From Piromyces finnis finn (Eukaryota > Fungi > Neocallimastigomycota), in contig MCFH01000025.1 of assembly GCA_002104945.1 (NCBI GenBank), positions 496,001-560,000 of the forward strand: a DNA stretch of 64,000 nucleotides. The letters are read 5' to 3'. Positions 38,264-50,400 of the stretch are shown in pieces. Each line of letters begins with the position of its first letter. Positions within the stretch are counted from its first letter, which is position 1. A program made the translations under genes and the position numbers. The notes beneath the pieces are model-generated. The model was not told the DNA's origin, searched no databases, and saw nothing but the letters and a program-made list of their open reading frames with translations.

Positions 38264-39704
38264 AGCAATTAATTAGTTTTTATATTAAATTAATTAATAT
38301 CAATATGTTTTCATTTTTTTTTTATTAAACAAGAAGAAAAAGATTATTATATTTTCTTTAATCTTTATCTTTGTTAAATAAAATGAAAAAAAAAAAAAAA
38401 AGTATTTTAATTTTATTATTTATCTATTTAAATAATAAGTAAAAACAAAATCTTTTGAAAAAAAGAAAGAAAATATATATATAAAATATAATAGCTATAT
38501 AGATATAAATAATAAAAATATTAGATTATCCATCATCAATGTATATTATATATATATAATTGTAAATTTAGTAAAAATAATAATTTAGTAAATAAAAGAA
38601 AAATAATTTTATTAATAAAATTAAAGGAAATTGTATATTAATGAATATTTATCCAAATATTAATAATATTCTCTTTATATTTATTATTTAAAATAATAAA
38701 TTAGAGAATAAAAAGAATGGTTTTTTTAAAGGTATTGATATTCAGCTCTTTTTTTTTTAAAAAAAAAAGATACCTTTTTAAATAAAATAGAAATTATACT
38801 AAATAGAGTTTATAATTTTAAAAATTTCAATTATAAATTGGATTAAATTTTAAATTAAAAAGTGTAACAGAAAAAAAAATTTAATATATTTTAAACAATA
38901 TATTAAATATTATTTATATATTATATATATATACTATTTAGTTGGTCATACCATAAAAAATTATTTATTTAGTTATTTATTTATTTATTTATTTAGTTAT
39001 ATTTTAAAGTGTCTCCCAAATTTTTATTCCTAAAAAATTTAGTAGTCTTTGTTATGGTAGTAGAACAATAATATTTCTAATACTAAATGCTTTATCCTTC
39101 ATTGTTGAAGTAATAAGCTCAATGCTTCTCATTTAGGGAAATTAAAAATAGTTCAACTTACGGTAACTTTATTGATATATATGAATATATGAATAGCAGA
39201 AATTATAGTTTAATTTTTTATTTTAACATCAATCAATATGACATGGATATTTTTAAAATGAATAATATAAGTAAGTCTCTTACAAATTTAAATGTTACTC
39301 AGTAATGGAATAAATAATTTAACTAATAGAAATAAAAGAATTACATATATTATATATATGTTATGGATTACCATAATTTTTATTTACACTTTTAAAAAAG
39401 AAAGAAAAAACTGTTTTAATTCATTGCTAAAAAATTTGAATAATACAATTTTTATAGAGAAATTGTACTAAAATTATACAATTTAACAATGATAATAAAA
39501 AAGTATTTATTTAACTAAATAAGTCTGTTTAATAGTGATTTTCTTAAAAAATTAGCTAAAAAAAAAACTACGATCAATCTACTAAATTTTATTAATTATT
39601 CTCTAACAATATAACTATAGTTATAGAGTAAATGTAGTTATTTTTTCCAGGCCTGGATCAGGCCCCTGGAAAATGATATTTCAAAATATAATTTTTAAAA
39701 CAAT

Positions 39705-39899
39705 ATGTTAAATAAATTTTTTATATTTTTATGCATGGTAATTTCCCTAGTTTATTCCAGAGAATATTTACAATGTTCAAAAGTAAATAATAATTTAGAT
39801 AGATGCATCTGTTATTATTCTTTAATTTCAAAAACTCTATTAGTAATAGAATTCTTTGATCTTTTTTTTTTTTTTACCACTTTAGAATATGATTACTAA
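39705..39899 (+). CDS. Possible small secreted Cys-containing peptide or 5' gene remnant
   Basis: MLNKFFIFLCMVISLVYS resembles a signal peptide and is followed by REYLQCSKVNNNLDRCICYY. The 3' half looks intron-like (poly-T), and there is a possible donor GTAAAT at about 39782. Confidence 0.3.
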   Translation: MLNKFFIFLCMVISLVYSREYLQCSKVNNNLDRCICYYSLISKTLLVIEFFDLFFFFTTLEYDY

Positions 39900-40786
39900 A
39901 TTTTATTAATTTGATTTCAGTTTCATTTAGTTTTAAAAAGTTAATTCTTTATTGAATATTGTAATATTAATATTATGATTTACTAAAGACTTTAAAAATT
40001 CTTTTACACTTGTTCTGTAAAAAAAAAAAAAAAAAAAAAAAATCAATCTTATCTTTATTTTTTATTTTGTGCCAAGCTTTATACTTATTTTAAAACAAAT
40101 CCACTATTTAATTATTTTTTTTAAAAAAAAAAGCTTTATTTGTACAGCAAGTTTCAAAATTATAACAAATAAAATAAAGAAAAGAAAAAGTCCAATTATT
40201 TTTTTTTTTTACTATTACGGCATCTATTAAGTATTAATAACCTTAATAAATTAAAATATCCATAAATGGAATTTATATATTTAAAAAAACAAATTAAATA
40301 CATTTTTAAATTGTTTAAAACTATAATAAATTAAAAATGAATAAAAGAGGAAAATTTTTAAAAAAAATAAAAACTGAATATAAATTAAAAAAATCAAAAA
40401 AGGAAATATATAATAAAAAATAAATTAAAATGTTGCATAATAATTAAATTTTTAATTAATCTACATTACTCAACTTAAAATATATTTAATATAAACGTTG
40501 AAAAAAAAAATATATTAAAAAAAAAAAAAAAAAAGAAAATAAACTTTTTTTTTGTAAAAATATAAAAGCAAATAAATTTCTCTCAATTAGAAGTTTTTAC
40601 CAAAAAAAAATAAAAAAAATAAAAAAAAATAAAAAATATTTATTCTATATAAAGAAATATAGTATAAAATATTTTATATAAAATAAAAAAATAAATAAAT
40701 AAATAATATTAATAAAAAAAAAAAGAAAGAAATATATAAAATAAAAAAAAAACAATAAAAAAAAAAAATAAATAAATAAAGTAAAA

Positions 40787-42616
40787 ATGAAGTTTTCTAA
40801 TATTTTAACTTTCATTGCTGGTATAGCAATGGCTTACAGTGCAGTTATCCCAGAAAGCTATAATGAAGAATTAAGTATCAGTGAAGATATTGAAAATGCT
40901 ATTAATGTTGATGTTAATGATGTTGCTGAAATTGTTGAAAACAGTGATGGTGAAGCCAGTGATGATTATGCTGTATTAAGTGCTGATGAAAATGATGTAT
41001 CCGTTGAATTAAGTGATGATGAAAATGTTGAAGTCACTACTACTACTTTCGTTCAACCAACTACAACTGTTGAAATACCAACTACTACTGTTGTTGATGA
41101 ACCAACTAACGCTCCATTAAAGCTTACCCCAGGACCAGTTTCATGCTCATACAAAAAGAAGGATATTGATGATAAATTCAATAATAAATCTGATAATAAA
41201 ATTACTTGTAAAGGTACTGACTGTAAAATTAATGGTAAAGGTGCTGTAGTTTCTAATGGTGTTGTTACCATTACTTCTGCTGGTAATTATATTCTTCAAG
41301 GTGAATTAAAGGGTCAAGTTAGTATTGAAGCTCCAGAAACTGATTACATTCACCTCATTTTAGACAATATTAGTATTAAGAGTGAAGCAGGACCAGCTAT
41401 AAAAGCTATTTCTGCCGAAAAGGTTACTCTTACTCTTGTTGGTCAAAATTCACTTATCGATTCCGAAAACTATGTTATTAATGATAAGGAACCAGATGCT
41501 TCTCTTTATGCTGACACTGACCTTTCCATCAATGGTAATGGTGATTTAGATATTACTGGTAACTTCGGTACTGCTCTTCATTGTACTAAGAATCTTAAGT
41601 TAGTTGCTGGTAACATCAATGTTGAAGCCAAGGATAAGGGTATTAAGGCAAAGAATTCTATCTGTATTAATGAAACTAATGTAAACATTAACTCTGTTAA
41701 CACTGCCATAAAGGTTACTAACACCAAAAAGGCTGATAAGGGTTACATTGTTATTGACAATGGTAATGTTACCATTTCTACCAAAAATGATGCTATTCAT
41801 GGTGAAACCCATCTTACCGTTAATGATGGTTTTATTGACATTTTAGACTGTAATGAAGGTATGGAAGCTCAAATGATTGATATCCTTGGTGGTGAAATTC
41901 ATATTAAAACTCATAATGATGGTATGAACGCCTCTATGGTTAATAAGGTAAAGCAAGAAAAACCAATGGGTCCACCACCAAATTTCGATCCAAACAGTCC
42001 ACCACCAATGCCAGTAATTGGTCCAGAAGCTACTGATGGTAGTATGTACATTAATATTGTTGGTGGAAAGACTTTTATTACCGCTCAAGATGATACTGAT
42101 ATTGATGGTATTGATTCTAATGGTATTCTTTACATTGGTGGTCAGGCTGAAGTCTATGTTGATCTTCAATACGGTAAAATCTATGGTGATTTTGCTGCTT
42201 TAGATAGTGATGGTTACAACCTTGTTACTGGTGATGCTACTGTTGTTGCCGCTTCTGCTTACTTATCCTGGGAAGATGCTGCTCAATTCATGACTGAAGA
42301 AGAAGCTAAGAATCGTCCACCACCACCACCACCATCTGCTAATGCTAGAGGAACCATCTACAGACCATATATTTACATTATGGAAACTGAAATGACCAAA
42401 CAACCAGGTAAGACCAAGATTACTCTTGAAGATGATGATGGTTCAGTTATTGCTTCCTATGTTCCAGATCATAGTTATGATAGAATTCTTATTGTTTCAC
42501 CAAAATTAGTTGCTGGTAAGAGTTACAAATTAACTGCTGGTAGTTTTGTTATGAATGTTGAAGCCTCTCCAAGTGATGAAGGTGATTTAAAGGCTCCATC
42601 CGTTGACGGATTTTAA
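40787..42616 (+). CDS. Secreted carbohydrate-binding beta-helix protein of the Cthe_2159 (DUF4353) family, intronless
   Basis: Signal peptide, acidic spacer and Thr-rich linker, then VVTITSAGNYILQGELKGQV, LILDNISI...GPAI, LSINGNGDLDI, DAIHG, EGMEA, NDGMNAS and DGIDSNG, which are typical Cthe_2159 repeats. No dockerin is present. Confidence 0.88.
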   Translation: MKFSNILTFIAGIAMAYSAVIPESYNEELSISEDIENAINVDVNDVAEIVENSDGEASDDYAVLSADENDVSVELSDDENVEVTTTTFVQPTTTVEIPTTTVVDEPTNAPLKLTPGPVSCSYKKKDIDDKFNNKSDNKITCKGTDCKINGKGAVVSNGVVTITSAGNYILQGELKGQVSIEAPETDYIHLILDNISIKSEAGPAIKAISAEKVTLTLVGQNSLIDSENYVINDKEPDASLYADTDLSINGNGDLDITGNFGTALHCTKNLKLVAGNINVEAKDKGIKAKNSICINETNVNINSVNTAIKVTNTKKADKGYIVIDNGNVTISTKNDAIHGETHLTVNDGFIDILDCNEGMEAQMIDILGGEIHIKTHNDGMNASMVNKVKQEKPMGPPPNFDPNSPPPMPVIGPEATDGSMYINIVGGKTFITAQDDTDIDGIDSNGILYIGGQAEVYVDLQYGKIYGDFAALDSDGYNLVTGDATVVAASAYLSWEDAAQFMTEEEAKNRPPPPPPSANARGTIYRPYIYIMETEMTKQPGKTKITLEDDDGSVIASYVPDHSYDRILIVSPKLVAGKSYKLTAGSFVMNVEASPSDEGDLKAPSVDGF

Positions 42617-43137
42617 TTTATATAATATATAGATAGATTTTGAAACAAGATTTCAAAAAAAAAAAAAAAAAAGCAATATTTATTAATATTAAATAATAAT
42701 CAAAAAAATAATAAATTATAAATAATAGATATTATAAAGGTTTTATTATAAAAGGAATAACCTATTGTTATATATCAATCTTATCCTATAAAAAAAAACC
42801 TATTAAATGTTTCTTTTATTATTAAATAATTAATGATAAAGGAATAAATAAATAAATAATAAATAAATAAATAGCTAAAATTAATTAGTTTTTTAAAAAA
42901 GCAAATTAAAGGCAGTGTTTAGGATGAGGAACGGGAAAAAAAGAAAATGATAAAAAAAACATTTCCCATCATCAAATTTTTATTTTTTATATTTTTTAAT
43001 ATAATTTTCAAAATGTGTCATGATGAAAATTTTAATTAAAATGTTGTGTAACCATAAAAGTTTTTCTTTTTTGTATTTTTTTTTTTTTTTTTGAAATGCA
43101 GCGTTCAACGCTCGAATAAAAAACTTTCTTTTTATAT

Positions 43138-43162
43138 AATTACATGAAGAAAAGAAAAACTT

Positions 43163-43207
<45 letters not shown>

Positions 43208-43264
43208 AGGAGGTGAGGGAGACAAATTTTAAATTTCAGAAATTACATGAAGAAAAGAAAAACT

Positions 43265-43313
<49 letters not shown>

Positions 43314-43350
43314 TAAAGGAGGTGAGGGAGACAAATTTTAAATTTCAGAA
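43138..43350. repeat. Local tandem duplication, two units of about 105 bp
   Basis: AATTACATGAAGAAAAGAAAAAC-Tn-An-TATAAAGGAGGTGAGGGAGACAAATTTTAAATTTCAGAA starts at 43138 and again at 43241. The units differ mainly in homopolymer lengths. Confidence 0.88.
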
Positions 43351-44054
43351 ATTAAAAAAGAAAAAAAAAATTTTTTTTTTATCAACACCAAAAAAATAAA
43401 GAAAACAAAAAAAAAAAAATGAAAATTTTACTTTTTTTTTTTTTATTTCAAATGAAACTCTCTTTTTAATTGTTATATATAATTTATTTATTTGTTATTT
43501 TTTTTTTTATTAAATAATGGTTAGGAAAAAAAATAAAAACTTTCAAGATTTTATTCTCATTATTAAATAAAAAAAAAAATGAAAATATATATTTTTTATA
43601 GATAAAATTATACTATTTTTAAATTATTGATTAGTTTTGATTTGTTTGTTTTGTTTTGTTTTAATAAAGAAGTAAAAAAAAAAAAGGTAATTTTAATATA
43701 ATATTATTATTTTAAAAATCTTAAACAGATAAAAAATATTATTTTAAAATAAATGCTCTAATTTCTTTTTTGTGTAATGATATATTTTAAAGTTGTTAAA
43801 AATATAAAGATATTATCTTTTTTTTTTTTTTTTTAATACTATTAATAATAATTTTTAATTATCATCAAATTTAAAATTGACGTTTGAAATTTTATATTCA
43901 ATGGTAAGCTATTTTTTTACTTTACCACTTAAAATTTTTCAATTACTATAATATTATGAATTTGATTTTATTGATTTCTATATTTTTTGTATTTTTGATT
44001 TGGATAAGCTTTTTTTTTTTTTTTTATTTGTACTTATTTTTTTTTTTTTTTTTA

Positions 44055-44082
44055 CTATTATTATTATTATTATTATTATTAT

Positions 44083-44120
<38 letters not shown>

Positions 44121-44180
44121 TAATTTGTATTAGTATTAGTATTATTAGTATTAGTATTATCATTAGTATTAATATTATTT
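44055..44180. repeat. Compound (ATT)n/(AGT)n microsatellite
   Basis: Consecutive ATT and AGT runs, then mixed AGTATT units. This explains the poly-Ile/Ser/Leu ORFs in the track. Confidence 0.85.
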
Positions 44181-44555
44181 AATGGTTGATTTTATTCTAT
44201 TGTTGTTATTTTTTTGTTTGCTTGTTTGTTTGTTTGTTTTTGGTTTTTGGTTTTTAATTTTTTTTTTTTCTTTCGTTTTATACATATACAATAGATATAT
44301 ATAATAATATATATATATGTATTTGCATTTTTTATATTTTATAATCTATTAATTATATACTAAAAATAAGAATAAAAGTAGAATATTTTATATTTATATT
44401 TTTTTTGTAAAATAATAATTATGTTTAGTAGGTATGGAAAAATATTTTTATAAATAATAATTATATATTAATAAATATATGGATTTTTAATCAATGATAT
44501 ATATTCCAATGAGGATAAGAATTAAATCTATAAAGTTTACGCTTTTTTTTTTTTT

Positions 44556-46708
44556 TTACTCTGCATTATCTTTATTAGAATTAATACTTAATGAAGCCTT
44601 AATTTCTTTATCGACTTCAAACAATATCTTTTTCTCTTCTTCTGATAAATTTGATGAGAATGGATTAGTCATTGGTTCATTTTTATGATTTAAATAATAA
44701 TCTCTTAACTCTTTTCTGTATTCATTAATTAAAACTGAATTACTGCTGAGGGAGGAACCATTTCTATTCACACTATTTTCACTGTTAACTATATATATTT
44801 ATATATAAATGAATAAAAAATAAATGAAATTTTTAATTCTTATGTTAAATACATTTATATATATTTACATATACATTTATATTTTTTATGCTTATCAAAT
44901 ATACAACATTTCAAATTTCAAAGAAAAAAACAAAAATAAAAATTACCACTGTCAATACGAGTAAAAATTCCTTGATATGGATAATCTCCTTCTACATTAT
45001 CACATGTACCTTCATTTTCGGATATTAAACGTAATATGGATTGAATAACACTATCCGAACTATTTTCTCTATTTATATCACTAAATAATCCTTGGTTTTG
45101 ATTAAATTCTTCAAAATTAGCATTAGTCATTTCAAAAATTTTGCTTTAAATTTAATTATTTACACGTATTCATATTTATTTAAAAAAAAAAAAAAAGGCA
45201 ATTAAAATAATAAATAAATGGTTAACAATAAGCTAAAGTTTGTGTTTTGTGTTAAATTAACATATCTGTACTAACCTTTCATATTCTTCAGGTGTTATTG
45301 ATAATTCAGTTTGGGATATTTTTTCAATATATGTTATTGCTCCCCAGATATTAGCTAAGGAAACATTATATATATCGATGGATAAAAGATTTGGATTAAC
45401 ATATCTAATAATATATCTATAATTTATGATATTATAAGAATAATTATTTAGTATTTATTGTATTGGATTAATAAACAGAGTTAACAATGTATTGTTATTT
45501 AATAAAAAATTTTAAAAAAAAAAAAAACATACTGAAGATTTGAAATTAAATTTTTTGGATTAGTTTTTAATATAACAAAAATTAACAAGGCAATAAGTTT
45601 ATCATTTGTGATTTCTTCCTCGGAAATATTTTTACGGTATGCGTCTAATAATTAAATAATTTAATATATATAATATTAGAAATGAAATATCTACTTATAG
45701 AATAGATAAAATGACTATAAATATTTATAAATATATTTATTACATTCAATTAATTTAACGCTATTAACAATACAGATGAGTTTATCAATATAAAATTTGT
45801 AAAGATTCATCTTGCTAAGTTCTTTATATTGATGAATAAAATTATATTAAATTTATTATATTAATTCAGTAAAATAGCATTATTTTGATGGTGGTAGTCA
45901 TTATAATTACTAATTTATTACCATTTCCAGCATTTTCAAAAATACTGTAATCAAAATCGGGTAAATCAAAATGTCTTGGTTCAACCCAGGAATGCATAAA
46001 AATTCTATGTGACAATAAAGTATCTTTTGCTAAATCTTCGGAAGGTCCAAAAGTACTATTTAATTTTTAATGTATTTTTATGTAATAATATTTTCATCAA
46101 CATCAATTTTGATATTTTATATACTAAAAAAAAAAAAAAAAAAACATACATATCGAAAAACTTTTTGGTGATTAACTTTTCCATTTCAACAATAGCATTT
46201 TCTATTAATTTAAAATTTAGAATTTTATATCAGTTTCCGAACAATGAGGATTTCAATGTTAATATTTAATTTAACATACCTTGTTCTTCCCTATCACAAT
46301 TAACCCATAAAGGATTTTCAATGATTAATCTTGATAAGTTCTATACAATAATAATTTTTAATTAAATAATGTTAAATTTAAACGTCCATTATTTACATAT
46401 TATTTTCACTAAAATAAAATAGTTTAGTTTACATTTAAAAATTCTCTTAAATATTGACTTTGTTCTTCCGGTGATGTAAAAACACTTTTGGATTTTTGTT
46501 CAAAATCAATATAAAAATCTCTAATTTGCATTTTGATTGGAATAGCTTCCTCGGAATTAAGCTTATTTCTAAAATTTTCGTGTGAAAGTTTTTCCTTATC
46601 ATCTATTCCTGGTCTACCATTTTCTTGAATAATAAGACGAGTAATTTCTTCGGTAATTCCAGAACTATCGTCTGTTAATAATGAAGACATTCCATCAATA
46701 AGACCCAT
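44556..46708 (-). CDS. VPS9-domain (Rab5-GEF-like) protein, divergent; multi-exon; the true 5' end may lie further upstream
   Basis: Exons give AIVEMEKLITKKFF, DTLLSHRI...SWVEPRHFDL, ELSKMNLYK...DKLICIVNSVKLI and NDKLIALLIFVILKTNPKNLISNLQYIIRY...ANIWGAITYIEKI...LSITPEEYE, which is the helical bundle plus VPS9 layout. Confidence 0.8.
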
Positions 46709-48170
46709 TTTGATTAAATTTTGATTATTTAAAAACTATACTTGTGGATATTATAAAAATGATGAATAATTTAACTATTGATTAAAATTTGTAATGAATA
46801 GAAATATAAATATATATAATGAAATAATAATAACAACAATTAGAGTAATATTGATAATAATAATAATAATATGTTATTATAATATTTATTAAATATATTT
46901 TTTATATAAATGGTTTAAAAAATAATCTTTGTTCATGCAAAAAGTTTTTTTCTTCATTTGCATAAAAAAAAATATAAAAAAAAAAAGTATATGATAACTA
47001 TGAATAAAAAAGTAAATAAATTTATACTTTAATAAAATAGTAAAAATTATAGTATTAATTTAACAATTGTTTTTATCATTTACATATATTATAATAATAT
47101 TTTTGTTATAGTTTTTATTGTTTTATAAAATTATTAATTCATTCTTCTTAGTATTTTTTTTTAAATAAGTATATATATAATAAATATTTATATTTCTAAC
47201 CAAAGAATAACATTGAAATATCCATTTGATCTATAAAAAAAATATTTAATTTCTTATCTATTAAAAAAAACTCCAAATATGTTTTATTATTAATAATATG
47301 TTTTTTCAATATTCTTCTTCTTCTTTTATTTATTTATAAAATTTCATTCATCATTCTTTTTTTATTACTTCTTTATATTTAATTTAATAATAATAATAAA
47401 CATTATAATTCTTACTTTAGGTATTATAATTGAAATATATATATATTTATAGTATATATTAATAGTGTATATTTATAAAATAATACAAATTTATTTTTCT
47501 TTCTTTTTTTTTTTTATTAATATTAATAATAATATTAATTATAATGTGCTTTTCAGAAAAAAAAAAAAAAAAAAAAGAAAACTTTCCAAAAAGATGAAAT
47601 TTTTATTATTATAATTAATAATATAAATTTAATTCATAAAAATCATAATAAATAAAATTAAACTTGTGCCTTTTAATTATATTTTTTTTAATAATTGAGT
47701 CATGTGTTGTTGTATATCCATATATTAATTTTAAAATTTATTGGATATAATTTATGTAAAATACAAAGATAAAAGGTTTTTCCTAATCTCGAGAAAGGAA
47801 AAAAAAAAAAAAAGAACATTCGAAATGAAAAGCTTTTTTGAAAATGGTTCTACTTGTAAAAGTGGTTTAAAAAGGTTATCATTACGAAAACACTTTAGTT
47901 AAAAATGAATAGTAACAATAATGATGGTCGTTTTAAAATACTTTTTTTATTTTAAAGATCTTTCAATTTAACATTAAATTTATAAATATAAAAAATATGA
48001 ATATAGGCTTCATGGAATAAAGTAGCTTATAGGAATAGATGTTTTATCTCCTACTGTATATCATAATATTTGGATCATAATTACGAATTGTTATGTTAAA
48101 ATACTGTATTGCTTAAATTAAATACATTGCTAAAAATACTTTTGAATCCTTAATTTATAAGAATAAATTG

Positions 48171-48204
<34 letters not shown>

Positions 48205-49210
48205 TATATTAATAAATGATATATCATTAGAATAAATATAATTACTAATGGATTAATGTAAATTTGTATAGCAATCATTTATTTATCTATTATTCAAAGC
48301 AATAGAACTATCAAAAAAAATTTTTTTGTATTGATTAAATGTAGAATCAATAAAAGTGTTGAAGATGAAACTGAGAATGTTATTATCAAAGAATTTGTTT
48401 ATATTTAAAAATTTGGTTGTTGGAAACAAGGAGTTTATGTTTGAATTAAGAACATGTGTATTTATGATTCTTTTTACTACAGGGAAAAAAAACTATAAAG
48501 AATAACTAAAATATTGATCGTATAATGCTTGGATAATTTACTATTTAGCTATTTAGTCTGAGGTCTGGGATTTCTGGAAGTCTGAATAGTTCATGTGGAA
48601 ACTTCAAATGAATATCTGATATATATTTCAGACATTTAGCTTTGAACTATTATTGAGTTTATTTTTTTAGACAAAGTAAAAAATGGTTCACTTCTTCTTT
48701 TATTTTATTTATTTAATTTATAAAAATTATTCATTATATTAGATGGAAATATATATTGATATTGATCACTGATGTTAATTATATTAATAGGATAAATAAT
48801 AATAAAAGGTATCATAAAACAACATAAAAGAAGCATAACATCTATTATTTTAATAAAGTAAAATAAAATTAAAATAATATATAATTAAAACTTACTCTAA
48901 TTACACAAAATTCTATTGGCTAATAAAGTCAAAAATCTAATTTACTACAAAAAACATAAAAATTACTCTATTGTAATAATGTTAACTTTTAGTATTTTAA
49001 ATTGTTCTATTATAGGTAGGTATATTAAGAAGCAGTTTAATGTTGATTAGCTAAGCATAAATTAATAAATAAATATATGCCATGCTTGTATTTGTTAAAA
49101 GATATATTTTTTTTAACTTTATTATATATTTAAATATGTGATATCATGAAAAGTCTATTATTAATATTTTACACTAAACAAGGGATTTATTACCTTGTTT
49201 AACAAAAATG

Positions 49211-49547
49211 TTGCAAGTAAATTGATAAATTAGTACTTATCCTAGATTTTTGGCTATTTTAGTCAGACTTTTTAGCCAGAAAAAAACTGACTTCTGCCAG
49301 ACTTCTGATCAGAAAAAATTCCAAAAAACAAACTTTTTTCGGCAAGATTGACATGTGAAATTAGGTTTTGGAGATTGCCAAGTCCAAAAATGACTAGAAA
49401 CCAGTAAGATTTCTAACATGACGTCGCCACTCGGTAAAAAGAGTGTATAAAGTATATTAAAGTGTGGTATAAAAAGTCAGATACAAAAAGTCTGGTTAAA
49501 ATGGCCAAAAATCTAGAATAAATACTAATTCATCACTTAACTTGCGA
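49211..49547. mobile_element. MITE-like non-autonomous DNA element of about 335 bp with roughly 60-bp imperfect terminal inverted repeats
   Basis: Left end: TTGCAAGTAAATTGATAAATTAGTACTTATCCTAGATTTTTGGCTATTTTAGTCAGACTTTTT. Reverse complement of the right end: TCGCAAGTTAAGTGATGAATTAGTATTTATTCTAGATTTTTGGCCATTTTAACCAGACTTTTT. Repeated subterminal C[AT]GACTT motifs are present. No TSD was resolved. Confidence 0.72.
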
Positions 49548-49579
49548 GTACTAATTCATCAACTAATATATGAAGTTTT

Positions 49580-50400
49580 TCAATTCGTATAAATAATATT
49601 GAAAAGAATATTGAAATGATAAAATATTTAATTAAAAATGGAATAAAGATTAAAGAAATAGAAAATCAAAGAGATTCTATGTTAACTTTTTCTTCGAAAA
49701 TAAGTAATATTGAAATAGTAAAATATTTAGTTGAAAATAGTATGTATATATACAAAAAATAATAAAAATAAATATTCGATTATGAATGCTTTAATTTTTA
49801 ATCATGGTAATATAGCCAAATATTTATTTGATAAAGAAGATGAATTTCTTAAATATAAAAAATCAAGGTACCATTTATATCTAAAATTAGCATGTAAAAC
49901 TGGCTTGATTGTTGCGAATATTTGATTTATAAAGGTGTATCCATTAAAGAAGAAGGAAACAAAAGAAAATAGAAAATATTAATAATATGGAATACGATAG
50001 AATAATGAATGCCAAGATTAAATATTTAAATATATGAATATATAAAAAAAATGTATAAAGGTGGATAAATTACGAAAAAAATAATATTAATACTACAAAG
50101 TTAAATGAAAAGGTTGAAAATGGTGATATAATGTTAGCTGAAGATTTCAAAAGAAATGAAATCAATAATATCAAGGATGAAGAAGATGACGAATATACAA
50201 AAGAAAAAATTGAAGAAAAAAAAGTTTAATATATTATTGATGGTATGTTTTAAAGATTATTATAAAATATTTTAATTGAAAGAAAGTAGTACGGAGAATT
50301 AATAGAAAAAATAATAATGTGATAATGACGCATTAATGATTGCTTCGCAAAGAGCATATATTAATATAGTTAAAAAAACTTTTAGTTAAAGTTGGTATAA
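49580..50400 (+). pseudogene. Degenerate ankyrin-repeat gene remnant
   Basis: Fragments NIEMIKYLIKNG, NIEIVKYLVEN, NIAKYLFDK, LKLACKTG and DALMIASQRAYINIVK are interrupted by stops and frameshifts. Confidence 0.65.
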
